A stretch of 21,120 bases of DNA from the NCBI GenBank assembly GCA_041497675.1, contig JBGQGY010000063.1, positions 1 to 21,120 of the forward strand, written 5' to 3'. Made by a program: the position numbers and the translations under genes. The DNA comes from a bacterium. GTDB lineage: Bacteria; Sysuimicrobiota; Sysuimicrobiia; Sysuimicrobiales; Humicultoraceae. The notes beneath the pieces were generated by a model that had not been told where the DNA came from, did not search any database, and saw only the letters and a program-made list of their open reading frames with translations. Shown here piece by piece: positions 16,409 to 21,120 of this stretch. Numbering within the stretch: position 1 is the first letter of the stretch; every line of letters starts with the position of its first letter.

Positions 16409-16822
16409 CTACGCCACCACCCTGGGCAGGAACTTGGTCCTGATCGGCAGTTTGTGAGACGCCAGGGTCATGGCCTCACGGGCCTGATCCTCGGGGACGC
16501 CGGCGAGTTCGAAGAGCACCCGTCCCGGTCGCACGACCGCCACCCAGAACTCCGGGTTGCCCTTGCCGCCGCCCTGGCGTGTTTCGGCCGGCTTCTTCGT
16601 CACGGGTTTGTCGGGAAAGACCCGGATCCATAGCTTGCCACCACGCTTGATGAACCGCGTGATCGCACGGCGCGCGGCTTCGATCTGGGCGCTGGTCAGC
16701 CACCCCGGGGCAAGCGCCTGCAGACCATACTCGCCAAACGTGATGCTGGTCCCCGACAAGACCTTACCGGTCATCCTTCCCCGGTGGGTCTTCCGGTACT
16801 TAGTTCGCTTGGGCATCAACAT
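16409..16822 (-). CDS. rplP: 50S ribosomal protein uL16
   Basis: [34 protein letters not shown]. Confidence 0.99.
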   Translation of the reverse strand: MLMPKRTKYRKTHRGRMTGKVLSGTSITFGEYGLQALAPGWLTSAQIEAARRAITRFIKRGGKLWIRVFPDKPVTKKPAETRQGGGKGNPEFWVAVVRPGRVLFELAGVPEDQAREAMTLASHKLPIRTKFLPRVVA

Positions 16823-17561
16823 CGGTGCCCTTCCTCCTTACACTCGTTGGCGCCGTGCGCGAGGGGATGACCACGGGGCCGCCTGGTCCCGACTCGGGTC
16901 GAGGGGGCCGGCGCAGTTCGGGCTCGTGCCGCCGACCCTCGGGCAGGATGTCGCCCCGATAGATCCAGACCTTGACCCCGATCCGCCCGTAGGTGGTCAG
17001 GGCCTCCGCGACGCCAAAGTCGATGTCGGCCCGCAGGGTGTGTAGGGGTACGCGCCCTTCGCGGTACCACTCATACCGGGCGATCTCCGAACCGCCGAGC
17101 CGGCCGGCGCATGCGATCCGGATGCCTTTGGCGCCCGCCCGCAGGCTGCGCTGCACGGCCTGCTTCATCGCGCGGCGATAGGCGATGCGCCGCTCCAACT
17201 GCTGCGCCACGTTCTCCGCCACGAGCTGCGCCTCGATCTCGGGCCGGCGCACCTCGTTGACACTGAGCATGATCTGCCGCCCGGTCAGGGCGTCGAGTTC
17301 CTTCTTCAGCGCGTCGATGCCCGTGCCGCCCCGGCCGATGATGATCCCGGGCCGCGCCGAGTGGATGACCACCCGCACCCGGTTGGCCGCGCGCTCGATC
17401 TCGACACGCGAGATGCCGGCGCGGTAGAGCTTCTTCTTGATGACGGTCCGGATCTTCAGATCCTCCTCGATGAGGTCCGCCATGTTCTTGGCATACCAGC
17501 GTGACTCCCAGTCGCGAATGATCCCGACCCGTAACCCAACAGGATTAACCTTCTGCCCCAC
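16800..17561 (-). CDS. rpsC: 30S ribosomal protein uS3
   Basis: GTG at 17561 after [49 protein letters not shown]. Confidence 0.98.
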   Translation of the reverse strand: MGQKVNPVGLRVGIIRDWESRWYAKNMADLIEEDLKIRTVIKKKLYRAGISRVEIERAANRVRVVIHSARPGIIIGRGGTGIDALKKELDALTGRQIMLSVNEVRRPEIEAQLVAENVAQQLERRIAYRRAMKQAVQRSLRAGAKGIRIACAGRLGGSEIARYEWYREGRVPLHTLRADIDFGVAEALTTYGRIGVKVWIYRGDILPEGRRHEPELRRPPRPESGPGGPVVIPSRTAPTSVRRKGTDVDAQAN

Positions 17562-17574
17562 CGTCCACCTCCGG

Positions 17575-17922
17575 TCAGGCCTGCCGGCCCGAGCGCTCCC
17601 CGACGACGATCGTAATGTGACTGCTGCGCTTCGTGACGACATCGGCCCGGCCACGCGCCCGCGGTTGCATCCGCTTGGTGGACGGACCGCGGTCGGCAAA
17701 CGCCCGCGTGATGATCAGGTCGTCGCCCGATAGCTCGAAGTTGTTCTCGGCGTTGGCGACGGCAGAGCGGAGCACCTTGGCCACCGCCCTCGAGGCGCGA
17801 TCCGGCGCAACGCGCAGGCGTGACGCGGCCTCATCCACCGGCAGCCCACGCAGTCCATCCAGCGCGCGACGGACCTTGAGCGCCGACGTGCTCACGTATT
17901 TGGCCGTGGCCCGTGCCTCCAT
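17575..17922 (-). CDS. rplV: 50S ribosomal protein uL22
   Basis: [23 protein letters not shown]. Confidence 0.98.
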   Translation of the reverse strand: MEARATAKYVSTSALKVRRALDGLRGLPVDEAASRLRVAPDRASRAVAKVLRSAVANAENNFELSGDDLIITRAFADRGPSTKRMQPRARGRADVVTKRSSHITIVVGERSGRQA

Positions 17923-17936
17923 CCGTGCCCCTCCGG

Positions 17937-18221
17937 CTACCTGAGTGTGGTGGCCCGCTCGGTCGCGGCGCCGTGCCCCTTGAATGTGCGGGTCGGTGCA
18001 AACTCACCGAGCTTGTGCCCGACCATCTGCTCCGTGACGTAGATCGGGACATGCTTGCGGCCGTCGTACACCGCGATCGTATGCCCAATGAAGTCCGGGA
18101 GCACGGTAGAACGCCGGGACCAGGTTTTGATCACCCGACGCTCCCGTGACCGGTTCAATTCACGGATCTTTTCCATCAAGTGCTCATCGGCGAACGGCCC
18201 CTTCTTACGCGATCGTCCCAT
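17937..18221 (-). CDS. rpsS: 30S ribosomal protein uS19
   Basis: [28 protein letters not shown]. Confidence 0.99.
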   Translation of the reverse strand: MGRSRKKGPFADEHLMEKIRELNRSRERRVIKTWSRRSTVLPDFIGHTIAVYDGRKHVPIYVTEQMVGHKLGEFAPTRTFKGHGAATERATTLR

Positions 18222-18251
18222 CGCACTCGTCGACCCCCTACAGCTTCGACA

Positions 18252-19082
18252 CTACTTCGACTCGCGCCGCTTCAGGATCAGCGTGTCGCTGCGCTTCGCC
18301 TTGCGCGTCCTGTACCCCAGCGTCGGCTTGCCCCACGGAGTCACGGGTCCGGGCATACCGATGGGTGACCGGCCCTCGCCGCCGCCGTGCGGGTGGCTGG
18401 AGGGATCCATCGCCACGCCGCGGACCGACGGCCGCCGGCCCAACCAGCGGGTTCGTCCGGCTTTCCCGAGTTTCATCGCCTCGTGATCGGCGTTTCCCAC
18501 CTGACCGATGGTCGCCCGGCACTCGAGCAACACCAGACGGACTTCCCCCGACGGCAGACGCAGGTGCGCGAACACGCCTTCCTTCGCCATGATCTGGGCG
18601 CCGGAGCCGGCGGAGCGAACCATCTGCCCACCGCGCGACGGCTGCAATTCCACGTTGTGCACAATCGTGCCGGCCGGGATCCCGCGCAGCGGCAGGGCAT
18701 TCCCCGGCCGAATATCCGCTTCGGGTCCCGACGTCACGGTATCGCCGACCGACACGCCGGCAGGCGCGAGGATGTAGCGTTTCTCGCCGTCGGCATAGTG
18801 CAGCAGCGCCAGACGCGCCGAGCGGGCCGGATCGTATTCAATCCCGGCGACGCGGCCGGGCACGCCGTCCTTGTCGCGCTTGAAGTCGACCACCCGGTAC
18901 CGCCTCTTGTGGCCCGCGCCGCGATGGCGCATCGTGACTTTGCCCTGCGTGTTGCGGCCGGCGCGCTGGCGAAGGGGCTCAATGAGCGACCGCTCGGGCG
19001 CGGATTTCGTGATCTCGTCGAACGTAGGAACAGTCGCGCCCCGTCGTCCCGGCGTCGTGGGCTTGAACTTCTTGGTGCCCAT
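18252..19082 (-). CDS. rplB: 50S ribosomal protein uL2
   Basis: [46 protein letters not shown]. Confidence 0.99.
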   Translation of the reverse strand: MGTKKFKPTTPGRRGATVPTFDEITKSAPERSLIEPLRQRAGRNTQGKVTMRHRGAGHKRRYRVVDFKRDKDGVPGRVAGIEYDPARSARLALLHYADGEKRYILAPAGVSVGDTVTSGPEADIRPGNALPLRGIPAGTIVHNVELQPSRGGQMVRSAGSGAQIMAKEGVFAHLRLPSGEVRLVLLECRATIGQVGNADHEAMKLGKAGRTRWLGRRPSVRGVAMDPSSHPHGGGEGRSPIGMPGPVTPWGKPTLGYRTRKAKRSDTLILKRRESK

Positions 19083-19103
19083 GGCGGCCTCCCTGGCCTC
19101 GGC

Positions 19104-19388
19104 CTACGTCAGTGCCTCAAGGTCGATTTTGTTCCCGGGCGCCAACGTGACGATGGCCTTCCGCCGCATCGGCGATTGAAACGTGTAACGTCCGCGCCGA
19201 CGCATGCGACCGGGGGTGTTGATGACGTTCACCTTGCGCACCTGCACCGAGAAGATCGCCTCGACGGCCGCCCGGACAGCAAATTTGGTCGCGCCCAGCG
19301 CCACCTCAAAGGTGTACTTACCGCCTTCGCTTCCACGCAGGCTCTTCTCGGTCATGATCGGCCGGCGGATGACCTCACGGGGGTTCAT
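19104..19388 (-). CDS. rplW: 50S ribosomal protein uL23
   Basis: ATG at 19388 overlapping the rplD stop (ATGA); RPIMTEKS, YTFEV, VEAIFSVQV, KAIVTL. Confidence 0.97.
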   Translation of the reverse strand: MNPREVIRRPIMTEKSLRGSEGGKYTFEVALGATKFAVRAAVEAIFSVQVRKVNVINTPGRMRRRGRYTFQSPMRRKAIVTLAPGNKIDLEALT

Positions 19389-20008
19389 GCGCCCAGGACC
19401 TCCGTCAGCACGGTGAGCGCCGGCTTGGTGATCACCACGATGCCCGGGGTCAGCAGGTCCCGCACCGACAACCGCCGGGCGTCCATCACTCGGACCCCGC
19501 GCAGGTTGGCCGCGGCCCGCGCAAACGCGGTCTCGGTCGGCGCCGTCACGATGACGGGACGATCGGCCACGCCCATGGTCCGCAACAGCGTCGCCACCGC
19601 CTTGGTCTTCGACTGCGCGCCCGGGGACTCGATCACCACCAGGCGGCCGCCCTCCGCTTTGGCCGACAGCGCCGACCGCAGCGCGAGTTGGCGTTCCTTC
19701 CGCGGGATCGACTGCGAGTGGTCGCGTGGCAGCGGGCCAAACGTGATCCCGCCGCCGGTCCACAACGGCGACCGCCGGCTTCCCGCCCGCGCCCGCCCCG
19801 TGCCCTTCTGGCGCCACGGCTTGCGACCGCCGCCCCGCACGTTCCCTCGCGTCAACGAGCTGTGCGTTCCCGTCCGGCGGTTTGCCATCTCACCGACCAC
19901 CGCGCGATGCAGCACCGGCCGGCGAGCACGGATGCCGAAGACCTGGGCCGGCAGCTCCATCTCGCCCGCCGGCGCACCGGTCGCATCAAAGGTTTGGATC
20001 TTTGGCAT
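19385..20008 (-). CDS. rplD: 50S ribosomal protein uL4
   Basis: ATG at 20008 after SD GGGAGG; GGGRKPWRQKGTGRARAGS..SP.W.GGG..FGP. Confidence 0.98.
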   Translation of the reverse strand: MPKIQTFDATGAPAGEMELPAQVFGIRARRPVLHRAVVGEMANRRTGTHSSLTRGNVRGGGRKPWRQKGTGRARAGSRRSPLWTGGGITFGPLPRDHSQSIPRKERQLALRSALSAKAEGGRLVVIESPGAQSKTKAVATLLRTMGVADRPVIVTAPTETAFARAAANLRGVRVMDARRLSVRDLLTPGIVVITKPALTVLTEVLGA

Positions 20009-20034
20009 CGTCGTCCGCCCTCCCACCGTGCAGG

Positions 20035-20652
20035 CTACGCGGTGCGCACCAGCAGCAGCGCGCCCCTCAGCCCAGGTGTCGCGCCACGGACCATCAGGAG
20101 GTTCCGTGTGGGATCCACCTGCACCACCCGCAGCCGGCGCACCGTCACGCGTTTGTTCCCGCTGCGACCGGCCATCTTCTTGCCCTTGAAGACCCGCGCG
20201 ATATCCGACGAGCCGATCGAGCCGATCGCCCGATGCATCAGCGACACCCCGTGCGAATCGCGCTGCCCGCTGAACCCGTGCCGTTTCATCGCGCCGGTAA
20301 ACCCTTTCCCGAGGCTCGTCCCGGTGACGTGCACCAGTTGCCCGGCCTCAAACGCCTCAACGGTGATGGTGTGACCCGGCTCGACCGGCGCGCCTTCGGG
20401 CACCGGCAGCTCGCGCAGGACCCGGTGTGGTGCGATCTTTCGCTTGGCAAAGACGCCCCGCATCGGCTTCGTGAGCCGCCGCTCCGCGATTGGATCAAAC
20501 GCGACCTGCACCGCGGCGTAGCCGTCCCGTTCAGGCGTCCGCGTGTTGACCACCACACACGGGCCGGCCTCGATGACGGTCACGGGGATGCTCTGCCCTT
20601 CCTCACCGAAGATGCGCGTCATGCCGAGTTTTCTACCGAGGATCGCCGCCAT
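20035..20652 (-). CDS. rplC: 50S ribosomal protein uL3
   Basis: GRKLGMT, PVTVIEAGP, DGYAAVQ, GKGF, SHG, RVFKGKKMAG. Confidence 0.99.
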   Translation of the reverse strand: MAAILGRKLGMTRIFGEEGQSIPVTVIEAGPCVVVNTRTPERDGYAAVQVAFDPIAERRLTKPMRGVFAKRKIAPHRVLRELPVPEGAPVEPGHTITVEAFEAGQLVHVTGTSLGKGFTGAMKRHGFSGQRDSHGVSLMHRAIGSIGSSDIARVFKGKKMAGRSGNKRVTVRRLRVVQVDPTRNLLMVRGATPGLRGALLLVRTA

Positions 20653-20664
20653 TGCCAGATGCTC

Positions 20665-20976
20665 CTACAGCTTGATCTCGATATCCACACCCGCGGGGAG
20701 GTCCAGGTGCATGAGCTCGTCGACTGTTTTCTGCGTCGGGTCGAGGATATCGATCAGCCGTCGATGCGTCCGGATCTCAAAATGTTCCATCGACTCCTTA
20801 TCGATATGCGGGGAACGAATCACGCAGAAGAGTTTCCGATTCGTGGGCAGGGGCACTGGGCCGCTGACACGCGCGCCAGACTTGCGGACGACGCTCACGA
20901 TCTTTTCTGCCGACTGGTCGAGGACCTTGTGGTCGAAGGCTCTGAGCTTGATGCGGATCTTCTGCGCGACCGCCAT
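20665..20976 (-). CDS. rpsJ: 30S ribosomal protein uS10
   Basis: [35 protein letters not shown]. Confidence 0.99.
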   Translation of the reverse strand: MAVAQKIRIKLRAFDHKVLDQSAEKIVSVVRKSGARVSGPVPLPTNRKLFCVIRSPHIDKESMEHFEIRTHRRLIDILDPTQKTVDELMHLDLPAGVDIEIKL

Positions 20977-20979
20977 CGT

Positions 20980-21120
20980 TTAAACCTCCACCTTCGTGAC
21001 GACGCCGGCCCCCACCGTCCGGCCACCTTCCCGGATCGCGAACCGCAGCCCTTCCTCCAACGCAATCGGCTGGATCAACTTCACCCCCATCGTGATGTTA
21101 TCCCCCGGCATCACCATCTC
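20980..21120 (-). CDS. tuf: Elongation factor Tu, C-terminal 46 aa (partial)
   Basis: Hand-translated: [50 protein letters not shown]. Confidence 0.98.
   Translation of the reverse strand, partial: EMVMPGDNITMGVKLIQPIALEEGLRFAIREGGRTVGAGVVTKVEV

Noticed and set aside
16800..16945. uS3 C-terminal extension overlapping rplP by 23 nt
   Set aside because: Variable low-complexity uS3 tails and short overlaps are common in this operon.
667..20983. Many long plus-strand and alternate-frame ORFs (e.g. 18387-20189, 2487-3602, 3997-5076, 1168-2106)
   Set aside because: They are antisense or frame shadows of well-identified genes. Stop codons are rare in GC-rich DNA and these translations have no recognisable motifs.

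Overview
GC-rich bacterial window dominated by one minus-strand core cluster: the 3' end of tuf, the S10-spc-alpha ribosomal superoperon (rpsJ to rplQ, with secY, adk, map, a KOW-domain protein, infA and rpoA), then ecfA1-ecfA2-ecfT-truA. This gene order is Bacillota-like, but the taxon cannot be fixed from the window. Where rplM-rpsI commonly follow truA, there is instead a tRNA(CAT) with Ile2-type features, an IreB/ReoM-family gene and murA. These three appear to form a unit driven by a consensus extended -10 promoter that overlaps the truA stop codon. A secreted TPR protein converges on murA, and a divergent partial CDS runs off the left edge. Main points of interest: (1) reoM/ireB, with its Thr7 phosphosite equivalent, sits directly upstream of murA, the enzyme family it regulates in Listeria; (2) rpmD (uL30) is cleanly absent between rpsE and rplO; (3) the tRNA has a non-canonical T-loop; (4) an SD-led 14-codon ORF lies in frame with rpoA; (5) several normally conserved r-protein motifs are altered. 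I saw no mobile elements, CRISPR arrays or rRNA genes. Motif comparisons are from recalled consensus, not database searches.
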